Shown here: positions 9,185 to 17,275 of the stretch, in pieces
Position numbering within the stretch: the first letter of the stretch is position 1
How the letters are laid out: each line of letters starts with the position of its first letter
Assembly (NCBI GenBank): GCA_019348495.1
Contig: JAHWJI010000001.1
Location: forward strand, 9,606-73,605
DNA length: 64,000 bases
Direction of reading: 5' to 3'
Source of the DNA: Actinomycetota bacterium
GTDB taxonomy: Bacteria; Actinomycetota; Acidimicrobiia; Acidimicrobiales; CADCSY01
Notes under the pieces: generated by a model
What the model saw: the letters and a program-made list of their open reading frames with translations, nothing else
Told to the model about the DNA's origin: nothing
Database searches by the model: none
Translations under genes and position numbers: made by a program

Positions 9185-10584
9185 CGGACCACCTTGGCCA
9201 TGGCGGTGGCGTAGGCGTCGATCTGGCGCCGGGTGCGCCGTTCGGTGGCGGCGACCAACAGCCCCGGTCCGGTGCCGGCCCCACCACCGACCCCAGCCTC
9301 ATCGTCAAGGGCGATCCCGGCCAGGAACCCCTCGTCGACCATGCGATCGACGACGACAGCGGGGTCCACGGGCACGCGCACGGCGAACTCCCGCAGGGTG
9401 GGGGCGCCGACGAGGGGCTCGACCCCCTCGATGGCGAGGAGCGACTCTCGGGTGTAGCGGGTGGCCCGGGCGCAGCGCAGGGCCAGCTCTCGCAGGCCGC
9501 TGGTCCCCAGCCACGCCATCTGGATGGCGCAGGCCACAGCGATGAGGGTCTGGTTGGTGCACACGTTGGAGGAGGCCCGCTCCCGGCGGATGTCCTGTTC
9601 GCGGGTGCGCAGGGTGGAGACGTAGGCCCGACGGCCCTCGACGTCGACGGTCTCGCCCACCAGGCGCCCGGGCAGGCGCCGCACGTGATCGAGCCGGCAG
9701 GCGAAGAGACCGAGGTACGGGCCGCCGAACGACAGCGGGGTGCCGAGGGGTTGGCCCTCGCCCACGACCACGTCGGCACCGGACTCCCCTGGTGGGCGCA
9801 ACAACCCCGCGGCCACGGGGTCGAGGGCCACCACCAGCAGCGCGCCCGACGCATCGGCGGCCCGGCGGGCGGCGTCGAGGTCCTCCAGGCACCCCAGGTA
9901 GTTCGGGTACTGCACCACCAGCGCCCCAGGTGGCTCGGCTGGGGGGACGGCCCAGGTGGTCAGGCCGTCGTGCAACGGGGCGTCGACCAGCGACAGGCCG
10001 CTGCCGGCGGCGAAGGTGTCCATGGTCGAGCGCCAGTGGGGGTGCACGCCCCGGCTCAACCACACGCCACCACGCCCGGTGACGGCGGCAGCCAGGTTGG
10101 CCGCCTCGACACAGGCACTGGCCCCGTCGTAGAGCGAGGCGTTGGCCACGGCCAACCCGCTCAGGCGCGCCACCATCGTCTGGTACTCGAACAGCGCCTG
10201 GAGCACGCCCTGGGCCACCTCGGGCTGGTAGGGGGTGTAGGCGGTGACGTACTCCGAGCGTGAGCCCAGGGCGCGCACCGCCTCGGGGATCTCGTGGTCG
10301 TAGGCGCCACCGCCGGCGAAGCACACCAGGCCCCGGTCGACGGGGACGCCCGGGCCGGTGCAGGCGGTGTTGGCCGCCGCCAGCCGCTCCATCTCGGCCA
10401 GCACATCGGGCTCGCCCAGCCCCTCGGCCATCTCGAGGAAACGCGCTGCGCCCCCGTCGTGGGGACGAGCGGCCAGGCGCAGGGTGTCGGGCACCACCGA
10501 GAAGAGCTCGTCGAGCGATGCCAGGCCGAGGAAGCCGAGCATCACCTCGACCTCGGCATCGGTGTGGGGGACGTAGCCGGCCAT
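9181..10584 (-). CDS. gcvPA: glycine dehydrogenase (decarboxylating) subunit 1
   Basis: 467 aa with YVPHTDAEVEVML, YTPYQPEVAQGVLQALFEYQTMV and SNVCTNQTL, typical of P-protein subunit 1. Confidence 0.93.
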   Translation of the reverse strand: MAGYVPHTDAEVEVMLGFLGLASLDELFSVVPDTLRLAARPHDGGAARFLEMAEGLGEPDVLAEMERLAAANTACTGPGVPVDRGLVCFAGGGAYDHEIPEAVRALGSRSEYVTAYTPYQPEVAQGVLQALFEYQTMVARLSGLAVANASLYDGASACVEAANLAAAVTGRGGVWLSRGVHPHWRSTMDTFAAGSGLSLVDAPLHDGLTTWAVPPAEPPGALVVQYPNYLGCLEDLDAARRAADASGALLVVALDPVAAGLLRPPGESGADVVVGEGQPLGTPLSFGGPYLGLFACRLDHVRRLPGRLVGETVDVEGRRAYVSTLRTREQDIRRERASSNVCTNQTLIAVACAIQMAWLGTSGLRELALRCARATRYTRESLLAIEGVEPLVGAPTLREFAVRVPVDPAVVVDRMVDEGFLAGIALDDEAGVGGGAGTGPGLLVAATERRTRRQIDAYATAMAKVVR

Positions 10585-10587
10585 GGC

Positions 10588-11649
10588 TCAGGCGGCGGCG
10601 CGGGCCACGAAGGGCGGCTCGACGAGGCGACCGGGCACGGGCCCCGAGGCCAAGACGACCTCCACGGCGTCGCCCACGGCCAACTCCGGGGGAACGAAGG
10701 CGAGGGCGATGCCCCGGCCCAGGGTGGGCGAGAAGTTCCCGCTCGTGACCCGGCCCACGACTTCCCCACCGTGGCGGACCTCGTGGCCGGCGCGGGGCGG
10801 GCGGCGCCCGTCGACCTCCACGGCTCGCAACCGGCGTTTGGGTCCTGCCCGGCGCTCGGCCACCAGTGGTGCCCGCCCGGCGAAGTCGGGCTTGTCCCAG
10901 CCCACCGCCCAGCCGAGCCCGGCCTGGAGCGGGGTGATGCCCGGTCCCAGCTCGTGCCCGTGCAGGGCCAGCCCGGCCTCCAGGCGCAAGGTGTCACGGG
11001 CGCCCAGGCCAGCCGGGGCCAGACCGGTCTCGAGGAGCGCCTCCCACAAGCTGACGGCGGTGGTGGCGGGCACGGCGATCTCCACACCGTCCTCGCCGGT
11101 GTAGCCCGTGCCCGCCACCACGGCGTCGGACCCCTCCCACGCCAGCCCGGCCACGGTGAAGCGGGCCACGGTGGCGGCTGCGGGCCACACCCGGGCCAGG
11201 GCGGAACGGGCCCGGGGGCCCTGCACGGCGAGGACCGCCCGCTGCCCGGTCACGTCGTCACCGCCGATGGCAGCCCGCACCCGGGCCGTGTTCGAGGCGT
11301 TGGGCATCACGTCGAAGCGCTGCGGCGCCACCCACCACACGATGACGTCGTCGAGCACCGAGGCGTCGCCGGGGTCGAGCAGGAGGGAGTACTGGGCCCG
11401 GCCCGGCGCGATCCGTCTCAGGTCGTTGGCCAGGGCCGACTGGAGGGTCTCCTCGGCCTGAGGGCCCACGACCCTTACCGTGCCCAGGTGGCTCACGTCG
11501 AACACGACGCCACCGGATCGACAGGCCCGGTGCTCGGCCAGCGTGCCGTCGGGATAGGCCAGGGGCATCGTCCACCCACCGAAGGGGACCATCTTGGCCC
11601 CCAGGCGCCGGTGACAGGCGTCGAGGGGTGACGTGGCCAGGGTCGTCAC
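10588..11649 (-). CDS. gcvT: aminomethyltransferase (glycine cleavage T protein)
   Basis: GTG 11649 inside track ORF 10588..12159. VTTLATSPLDACHRRLGAKMVPFGGWTMPLAY...DVSHLG...GYTGEDGVEI...ARDTLRLEAGLALHGHEL. The start is 10 nt after the MerR stop. The start choice is moderately certain. Confidence 0.9.
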   Translation of the reverse strand: MTTLATSPLDACHRRLGAKMVPFGGWTMPLAYPDGTLAEHRACRSGGVVFDVSHLGTVRVVGPQAEETLQSALANDLRRIAPGRAQYSLLLDPGDASVLDDVIVWWVAPQRFDVMPNASNTARVRAAIGGDDVTGQRAVLAVQGPRARSALARVWPAAATVARFTVAGLAWEGSDAVVAGTGYTGEDGVEIAVPATTAVSLWEALLETGLAPAGLGARDTLRLEAGLALHGHELGPGITPLQAGLGWAVGWDKPDFAGRAPLVAERRAGPKRRLRAVEVDGRRPPRAGHEVRHGGEVVGRVTSGNFSPTLGRGIALAFVPPELAVGDAVEVVLASGPVPGRLVEPPFVARAAA

Positions 11650-11659
11650 CGCGGCGAGG

Positions 11660-12151
11660 CTACCGGGCAGCCGTGGCCGGCCCCTCCTCGCCATCTCCCC
11701 CGACATCGCCCGGTGCCGGGTCAGCCGTGCCGGGGGGCCGCAGCTCGAGGATGCCGGCGTCGACCTCACCCTTGACCCCGGCCAGGGGCACGATGTTGAG
11801 CACGCCCTGGCCCTGGCGGAGCAGGTCGACGATCTCCTCGCCGGTACGCACCAGCACCGAGGTGGCACCGTCGAGGACGAGGTTGGCGCTGGCGATGTCG
11901 GCGCCCACGTGGGTGCGAAGGTACTCGATGGCCTTGCGGGCCGAGCGCAGCGAGATCCCGGCGTCGAGCAGGTTCTTGATGACCCGCAACTCGAGGAGAT
12001 CGCGGTAGGAGTAGCGGCGCTGGGATCCACTGCCCTGGGCGTCGGCGATCGAGGGGCGGAGCAGGTCGGTGCGGGCCCAGTAGTCGAGCTGGCGGTAGCT
12101 GATGCCCACGATGGAGCACACCTGGGGACCTCGGTAGCCTTGCTCGTCCAT
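11660..12151 (-). CDS. MerR-family transcriptional regulator
   Basis: 163 aa with an N-terminal MerR HTH (VCSIVGISYRQLDYWARTDLLRPS...RRYSYRDLLELRVIKNLLDAGISL). Occupies the position of Rv1830-type MerR in the conserved actinobacterial block. Confidence 0.85.
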   Translation of the reverse strand: MDEQGYRGPQVCSIVGISYRQLDYWARTDLLRPSIADAQGSGSQRRYSYRDLLELRVIKNLLDAGISLRSARKAIEYLRTHVGADIASANLVLDGATSVLVRTGEEIVDLLRQGQGVLNIVPLAGVKGEVDAGILELRPPGTADPAPGDVGGDGEEGPATAAR

Positions 12152-12168
12152 CCCAGCACCTCTCGTCG

Positions 12169-12182
12169 GGTCGCCGGCGACC
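12169..12182. promoter_or_regulatory. 14-nt perfect palindrome GGTCGCCGGCGACC in the MerR-gcv leader (candidate operator or small hairpin)
   Basis: Read directly from the sequence. It lies 18-31 nt upstream of the MerR ATG (12151) and downstream of the promoter-like hexamers. GC-rich palindromes are not rare in this genome. Confidence 0.25.
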
Positions 12183-12222
12183 GGCGGCAGTGTCGTTGGC
12201 TCGATGGAATTACGCCCTTGTG

Positions 12223-12251
12223 ATCCTAGCTGCTCGCTGCCCCCGCCTCAA
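12223..12251 (-). promoter_or_regulatory. sigma-70/SigA-like promoter candidate TTGAGG-N17-TAGGAT for the MerR-gcvT-gcvPA-gcvPB operon
   Basis: On the minus strand, TTGAGG (12251-12246), a 17-nt spacer, and TAGGAT (12228-12223), about 70 nt upstream of the MerR ATG. Hexamer match only. Confidence 0.35.
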
Positions 12252-12325
12252 TGACCAGCCAGGCTCGCTGCGCTCGCCTCGAACGACCAGGGCTGGGAGC
12301 CGCCTTCCGCGGCACTGCTGGCCGT

Positions 12326-12363
12326 GACGACAGGGCAGGCAAGTGCCGCTTGCGCCCGTCGTC
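12326..12363 (-). terminator. long GC-rich hairpin starting at the stop codon of the DUF151 gene (terminator or processing candidate, no U-tail)
   Basis: GACGAC(A)GGGC (12326-12336) pairs with GCCCGTCGTC (12354-12363). An inner GCAAG/CTTGC stem has a 5-nt loop, giving about 15 bp in total with two bulges. Confidence 0.45.
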
Positions 12364-12862
12364 AGCTGCTGAAGTCCTCGGGGTTGACGTGCTCGATGAA
12401 CTGGCGGAACTCGTCGACGATCTGGTCCTGCTCCTCGGGACGGCCACCCTCCGTGGTGGTGGCGGCCCCTTCGTTGAGGACCTCGTCGCTGGCGAAGATG
12501 GCGGCCTCCACCCGCACCGCCAGGGCGATGGCGTCCGACGGGCGGCTCGAGACCCGGTGCACCTGGCCGGCCACCACCAGCTCCACCTCGGCGAAGAAGG
12601 TGCTCTCCCGCAGCTCGGTCAACACGATGCGCCGCACCGACGCGCCCACGGCCACGAGGAGGTCACGCATGAGGTCGTGGGTCATGGGTCTCGGTGTGGT
12701 GACACCGTCCAGGGCCAGGGCGATGGCCTTGGCCTCCTCCTGGCCGATGTAGATGGGCAGCACCCGGCGCCCGCCTCCGTGCTCTCGCAACAACACGACC
12801 GGGGCGTTGGCCGGTAGCTCCAGGCGCACCCCTAGGAGCTCCATCTGCACCACGCCAGGCAC
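12362..12862 (-). CDS. bifunctional nuclease family protein (DUF151)
   Basis: 166 aa with LLGVRLELPANAPVVLLRE...LPIYIGQEEAKAIALAL...PRPMTHDL...VRRIVLTELRESTFFAEVEL, the DUF151 pattern (Rv1829-like). GTG 12862 is preceded by GAGG. ATG 12844 is an alternative start. Confidence 0.85.
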   Translation of the reverse strand: MPGVVQMELLGVRLELPANAPVVLLREHGGGRRVLPIYIGQEEAKAIALALDGVTTPRPMTHDLMRDLLVAVGASVRRIVLTELRESTFFAEVELVVAGQVHRVSSRPSDAIALAVRVEAAIFASDEVLNEGAATTTEGGRPEEQDQIVDEFRQFIEHVNPEDFSS

Positions 12863-12934
12863 CCTACCGCCTCGGTCCTGGTGCTACACGGGAGCCAGGC
12901 CGGTCCGGCTGGTCGGTGTCGAGGCTCCCCGGGG

Positions 12935-13828
12935 TCAGTTCCGACGGGGCCGCTTGTGTTCTGCGCCGATGTCACGCAGGGCTTGGCGCAGGAGGCTCCG
13001 GCGCAGGGCGTCACCCAGCTCGCTCAACGCCGTGAGGGTATCGATGGCCTGCTGGCGGGCAGCGGGGTTCCGTTGCTTGACCAGGGGCAGCACCACCTGC
13101 TCGTAGAACCCCGCCTCCCGCTCGGCGGAGTTCTTGTACATGCGCAGGTGGCGGGGCTCGACGCCGTGATGGGAGAAGGCGGCGGCCACCCGGGCCACCT
13201 CGAGGGCCTCGGTGTCGTAGCTGAGCTGGCTGCCGACCGACGTCCCCGCCACCAAGCCATGGCGCTCCAGCTGGGCCAGCTCGCTGGGGCTCAGCCCGCT
13301 GGCCCGGGCCAGCTCGTCGCGGCTGAAGCTGGTCGGGGCGGCGGCGACCTCCTCCACCGCCCCGCGCCCGGGCTCGGTGGGCGTCGACGGCGTCGCCGGC
13401 GCTGCGCCGGGGTCGGGGGGGCGGCCCTGGGGTGGCGCCGGCCGTGGAGAGGGGGACGGCGACGGTTCGCTCGTCGGTGCCGGTGCCGGTGCCGGTGCCG
13501 GTGCAGGGGCCGCGGGGGCGGCGGTGGCCCCAGGTCCGGGCTCGGCGGCGCCGGCGCCGAAGACGGCGTCGCCCTCGGCCTCCAAGCGGCCCTTTATGAC
13601 CTTGAGGGGCAGGAAGTTCTCCCGTTGCTGGCGCAGGATCCAGCGCAGGCGATCCACGTCGGCCCGGTAGAACTTGCGGTACCCCGACGCCGTGCGCTCG
13701 GGGTCGAGGAGGCCCTGGCTCTCCAGGAAGCGGATCTTGGAGATGGTGACGTCGGGGAACTCCGCCTTGAGCAGATCGAGCATCTCGCCGATCGACAGCG
13801 ACTCCGATTCCGGCATGGTGGAGCTCAC
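12935..13828 (-). CDS. MerR-family regulator (FtsR/Rv1828-like) with a Pro/Ala-rich linker
   Basis: 297 aa. N-terminal MerR HTH (LSIGEMLDLLKAEFPDVTISKIRFLESQGLLDPERTASGYRKFY), a PAPAPAPAP linker, and a second MerR-like C-terminal half. GTG start overlaps the garA stop (GTGA 13825-13828). Confidence 0.85.
   Translation of the reverse strand: MSSTMPESESLSIGEMLDLLKAEFPDVTISKIRFLESQGLLDPERTASGYRKFYRADVDRLRWILRQQRENFLPLKVIKGRLEAEGDAVFGAGAAEPGPGATAAPAAPAPAPAPAPAPTSEPSPSPSPRPAPPQGRPPDPGAAPATPSTPTEPGRGAVEEVAAAPTSFSRDELARASGLSPSELAQLERHGLVAGTSVGSQLSYDTEALEVARVAAAFSHHGVEPRHLRMYKNSAEREAGFYEQVVLPLVKQRNPAARQQAIDTLTALSELGDALRRSLLRQALRDIGAEHKRPRRN
13476..13505. repeat. hexanucleotide tandem repeat (GGTGCC)x4 + GGTGCA inside the MerR/FtsR-like gene, encoding (AP)n
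   Basis: Read directly: ggtgcc ggtgcc ggtgcc ggtgcc ggtgca. In-frame, it corresponds to APAPAPAPAP in the protein linker. Confidence 0.9.
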
Positions 13829-14319
13829 TCCGGGCCGGGTGGGTTGGACGTGTCGAGGAACACGAGCTTGAAGCGCCCGATCTGGATCTCGTCACCGTTG
13901 TTGACGGCGGCCTCGTCGATGCGTTCACGGTTCAGGTAGGTGCCGTTCAGCGAGCCCGCGTCGCGCAGCATGTAGCCGCCGGGTCGGGCCACCAGCTCGG
14001 CGTGGCGGCGGGACACGGTCACGTCGTCAAGGAAGATGTCGCTTTGAGGGTGCCGTCCGGCCGACACCACCGGCCGGTCGAGGACGAACTTCGAGCCCGC
14101 GCCCGGGCCCCGCTTGACCACCAGCATTCCCGATCCCTCGGGGAGCTCGTCGACCGCCACGGAGATCTCGTCGGAGGGGGGCCCGGTCTCGGGGTCGACA
14201 GGGGCGAGGGTGATGGTGTGGTCCTGGCCCCGGACGTCGAGGGGGGCGCCGCACGAGGAGCAGAAGTTGGCGTTCTCGGGGTTCGCGTGCCCGCACTGGT
14301 TGCAGAAGACGTCGTCCAT
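13825..14319 (-). CDS. garA: FHA-domain protein, GarA/OdhI orthologue with an N-terminal zinc ribbon
   Basis: The FHA part (LVVKRGPGAGSKFVL...SAGRHPQSDIFLDDVTVSRRHAEL...GSLNGTYLNRERI...NGDEIQIGRFKLVFL) is near-identical in pattern to mycobacterial GarA as I remember it. The N-terminus is FCNQCGHANPENANFCSSCGAPL (CxxC-x11-CxxC). Confidence 0.9.
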   Translation of the reverse strand: MDDVFCNQCGHANPENANFCSSCGAPLDVRGQDHTITLAPVDPETGPPSDEISVAVDELPEGSGMLVVKRGPGAGSKFVLDRPVVSAGRHPQSDIFLDDVTVSRRHAELVARPGGYMLRDAGSLNGTYLNRERIDEAAVNNGDEIQIGRFKLVFLDTSNPPGPE

Positions 14320-14355
14320 GTGCCCTCCTCGCCGCTGGCCGCCGACTTGGCGAGC

Positions 14356-14736
14356 TCAGCCGCCGATGAGCTCTCGATAGCCGTCGGCATCGAGGAGCCG
14401 GTCGAGCTCGGTTGGATCAGCCGGGTCGATCACACATATCCACCCGCCACCATAGGGATCGTCGTTGAGACGTTCGGGAGCGTCGCCCAGCTCGTCGTTG
14501 ACCTCGACCACGGTGCCGGTGAGGGGCGCGTACACCTCCGACACGGACTTGGTCGACTCCACCTCACCGACCGACGAGCCGGCGGTGACGGCGGCGCCCA
14601 CCGACGGGACCTGCACGAACACCACGTCGCCCAGGGCGTCCTGGGCATACTCGGTGATGCCCACGCGCGCCCGGTTGGACTCGATGCGCACCCACTCGTG
14701 GTCGGGCGAGTAGCGCAGGTCGTCGGGCACGTTCAC
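14356..14736 (-). CDS. gcvH: glycine cleavage system H protein
   Basis: Inside track ORF 14356..14943. VNVPDDLRYSPDHEWVR...GITEYAQDALGDVVFVQVP...VGEVESTKSVSEVYAP carries the lipoyl-Lys motif ESTK. GTG 14736 is preferred and GTG 14730 is an alternative. Confidence 0.9.
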   Translation of the reverse strand: MNVPDDLRYSPDHEWVRIESNRARVGITEYAQDALGDVVFVQVPSVGAAVTAGSSVGEVESTKSVSEVYAPLTGTVVEVNDELGDAPERLNDDPYGGGWICVIDPADPTELDRLLDADGYRELIGG

Positions 14737-14764
14737 CGAGGGGACGTTACTGGATGCCGGGCGC

Positions 14765-17275
14765 TCACCTCGGACCCCTGCTCGGCCCCCCGGGCAGGAT
14801 CGCCCGGATGCGGTCGTCGTACTCCCCGGCCCGACGCTCGGCTTCGACATCGCTGCGCCCTTCCGCCCACACGTGGGTGAGGGGCTCCTCGGGGTCGGGC
14901 AGGGCGAGCGCCCACCCGTCGTCGTAGAGCACCTTGACCCCATCGAGGAGCACCAGCGGCCTGTCGATCTCCTCCACCAGGGTGCGCATCACCACCCCCT
15001 TGTGCTCCCAAGGGGTGCGCACCGCCCGGTGCACCACGTGCGTGGCCGGCAGGGTCGCCACCACCTTGGACAGGTGGGTCCCGGTGCGGGCCAGGAGCTC
15101 GAGCATGTTGGCGAAGGCGGCCACTGCGTCGAAGGCGGGGAGGAAGGCAGGGAAGGCGAAGCCGCCGTCGAGGCTGGCGGCCAGGCTCAGACCAGGTCCC
15201 ATGGCCGCTTCCGTCAGGGCCGAGGCGGCCACCTTGGTCCACACCACCTCGGCGCCCAGGCCCCGGGCGATGCGCTCGGCCTCGGCGCTGGCGGTGATGG
15301 GTAGGGCTATGCGACAGCCCGGCTCGGCCGTGGAGGCCACGAGTTGGACCATGGCCAGGCTGGCTTCGAGGTCGGACAGGACGTGGCCCTCGTCATCGAC
15401 GAAGGTGACGTGCTCGCCGTCGGGGTCGATGACGACACCGAGCTGCGAGCCCGACGAGCGGACCAGGGCGCTGACGTTGGCGGCGTGGCCGTCGCGGTTG
15501 AAGGCGATGGCACCCGGCGTGGTGGCGTAGGGGTTGACGACCAGCACCTCGGCCCCCAGCTTGGCCAAGACGTTGGGCATGACGAACGCGGTGGTGCCGT
15601 AGGCGTAGTCGGCCACCACCTTGAAGCCCCGCCCCCGGACCGCAGCGACGTCGAAGGACGCCATGAGGGCGGCGGTGTAGAGCTCGAGTGATCGGGGGGG
15701 GAAGTCGATGTCGCCGATGTCGCCCGGAAACACCCGCCGGAAGTCCTCCCGGTAGTACACCCGCTCGATCTTGCGGGCCAGGTCGGTGGAGATGTCGATG
15801 CCGTTGTCGTCGAAGAAGCGCAGCACGACCGACTGGGCGTCGCCGGGCACCAACCGCACGGTGATGCCCCCCTGGGAGGGCTGGGAGCGCACCTCGAACC
15901 GGGTGACCGGGACCGAGGCCACCTCGAGGTCGTTGACGTTGACGCCGGCGCCGTTGAGCCCGGCCATGACCGCCCGCTTGAGCATGCGGGCCGAGCGGCT
16001 GGAGTCACGGGAGGTGGTGACGGTGGTGCCCTTCTTGAGCGTGGTGGCGTAGGCCATGGCCACCCGAGTGGCCAGCTCCGGGGTGATGTCGACGTTGGCC
16101 AGTCCGGCCACCCCGTGGCGACCGAAGAGGCTGCGGGTGCCCCGGCTCTCCCAGACCAACGAGGAGTTGACGACCGCGCCCGCCTCGACCGTCTTGTGGG
16201 GGTAGATCTTGACCCCGGCCGTGAGCACGGCCTGCTCGCCCACGAAGCACTCGTCGCCGATCACCACGCCGTCCTCGCAACGGGCCCCTGCCCGCAGGTC
16301 ACAGGAGCGCCCGATCACCGTGCCCCGGGCCCGCACCCCGGTGCCCACGTAGGCGTTGTCGTGGACCACCACCCGCTCGAGGTCGGCCTCGCCCCGGACC
16401 ATCACGTTGGAGCCGAGCACGGTGTAGCGGCCCAGGCGGGCACCGGCCAGGACCCGGGAGTTGTCACCGATGGCGGCGGGGCCGACGATCTCGGCGCCCG
16501 GCTCGACCTCAGCCCCTTCGCCCAGCCACACGCCTCCCGCCATGCGGAAGCCGGGCACGTCCAGCTCGACGTTGCCGTCGAGCGCGTCGGCATGGGCCCG
16601 CATGTAGGCCTCGAGGGTCCCCACGTCCTCCCAGTAGCCGTCGCAGACGTAGCCGTAGAGCGGCTTGCCCTGCTCCAGAAGGGCAGGGAACACCTCGGCG
16701 GAGAAGTCGACCGGGCGCCCGGGGGGGATGAAGTCGAAGACCTCGGGCTCGAGCACGAAGATCCCGTTGTTGACCGTGTCGCTGAAGACCTGGCCCCAGG
16801 TGGGCTTCTCCAGGAACCGCTCGATGGAGCCGTCGTCGTTGGTGATGACGATGCCGAACTCGAGCGGGTTGTCGACCGCGGTGAGCCCGATGGTGGCCAC
16901 CGCGCCCCGCTGGTCGTGGAAGGCCATGACCTTGGAGATGTCGATGTCGGTGAGCACGTCACCCGAGATCACGAGGAAGCGCTCGTCGAGCTCGTCCATG
17001 GCGTTGCGGACCGAGCCGGCGGTTCCCAGCGGCGTCTCCTCGGTGGCGTAGACCATGCGCACGCCGAACTCCGACCCGTCCCCGAAGTACGAGCGGATGT
17101 TGTTGGCCAGGAAGGCCACCGTGACCACGATGTCGTCGAAGCCGTGGCGCTGGAGCAGCGTCACGATGTGCTCCATCATCGGGCGGTTGACGAGCGGCAT
17201 CATGGGCTTGGGCTGGTTGGAGGTGAGGGGACGCAGCCGCGTGCCCTCACCCCCGGCCATGATCACCGCCTTCAC
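14765..17275 (-). CDS. sugar-phosphate nucleotidyltransferase (ManC/GlmU-like, with left-handed beta-helix) fused to a phosphohexomutase-like domain with degenerate active-site motifs
   Basis: 836 aa. The N-terminus KAVIMAGGEGTRLRPLTSNQPKPM is an NTP-transferase signature, followed by hexapeptide repeats. The C-terminal 450 aa align in order with the PGM/PMM four-domain layout. GTG start overlaps the pgsA stop (GTGA 17272-17275). Confidence 0.85.
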   Translation of the reverse strand: MKAVIMAGGEGTRLRPLTSNQPKPMMPLVNRPMMEHIVTLLQRHGFDDIVVTVAFLANNIRSYFGDGSEFGVRMVYATEETPLGTAGSVRNAMDELDERFLVISGDVLTDIDISKVMAFHDQRGAVATIGLTAVDNPLEFGIVITNDDGSIERFLEKPTWGQVFSDTVNNGIFVLEPEVFDFIPPGRPVDFSAEVFPALLEQGKPLYGYVCDGYWEDVGTLEAYMRAHADALDGNVELDVPGFRMAGGVWLGEGAEVEPGAEIVGPAAIGDNSRVLAGARLGRYTVLGSNVMVRGEADLERVVVHDNAYVGTGVRARGTVIGRSCDLRAGARCEDGVVIGDECFVGEQAVLTAGVKIYPHKTVEAGAVVNSSLVWESRGTRSLFGRHGVAGLANVDITPELATRVAMAYATTLKKGTTVTTSRDSSRSARMLKRAVMAGLNGAGVNVNDLEVASVPVTRFEVRSQPSQGGITVRLVPGDAQSVVLRFFDDNGIDISTDLARKIERVYYREDFRRVFPGDIGDIDFPPRSLELYTAALMASFDVAAVRGRGFKVVADYAYGTTAFVMPNVLAKLGAEVLVVNPYATTPGAIAFNRDGHAANVSALVRSSGSQLGVVIDPDGEHVTFVDDEGHVLSDLEASLAMVQLVASTAEPGCRIALPITASAEAERIARGLGAEVVWTKVAASALTEAAMGPGLSLAASLDGGFAFPAFLPAFDAVAAFANMLELLARTGTHLSKVVATLPATHVVHRAVRTPWEHKGVVMRTLVEEIDRPLVLLDGVKVLYDDGWALALPDPEEPLTHVWAEGRSDVEAERRAGEYDDRIRAILPGGPSRGPR

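Noticed and set aside
6197-9214. Very long ORFs in the track on the strand opposite to, or out of frame with, well-supported genes. Examples are 6197..9214 (+, 1005 aa), 35524..37947 (-, 807 aa), 44766..46604 (-, 612 aa), 1965..3542 (+), 57288..59477 (+) and 58627..60333 (-).
   Set aside because: Their translations are Arg/Pro/Gly/Ala-rich low-complexity strings with no recognisable domains. They overlap genes with clear family motifs and correct GC3 bias. Stop-poor shadow frames are expected in very GC-rich DNA.
12152-12361. Glycine riboswitch upstream of the MerR-gcvT-gcvPA-gcvPB operon, and upstream of gcvH (14737-14764).
   Set aside because: No tandem aptamer core (GGAGAG...ACCGAAGGGGCAA-like) is visible on the minus strand, and the gcvH spacer is only 28 nt.
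13476-13505. CRISPR-like or other interspersed repeat arrays, considering the (GGTGCC)n, (CCTGTCG)x3 and (CT)n tracts.
   Set aside because: All are short uninterrupted tandem repeats without spacers. No cas genes are present, and the Cas4-like nuclease at 41874 stands alone.
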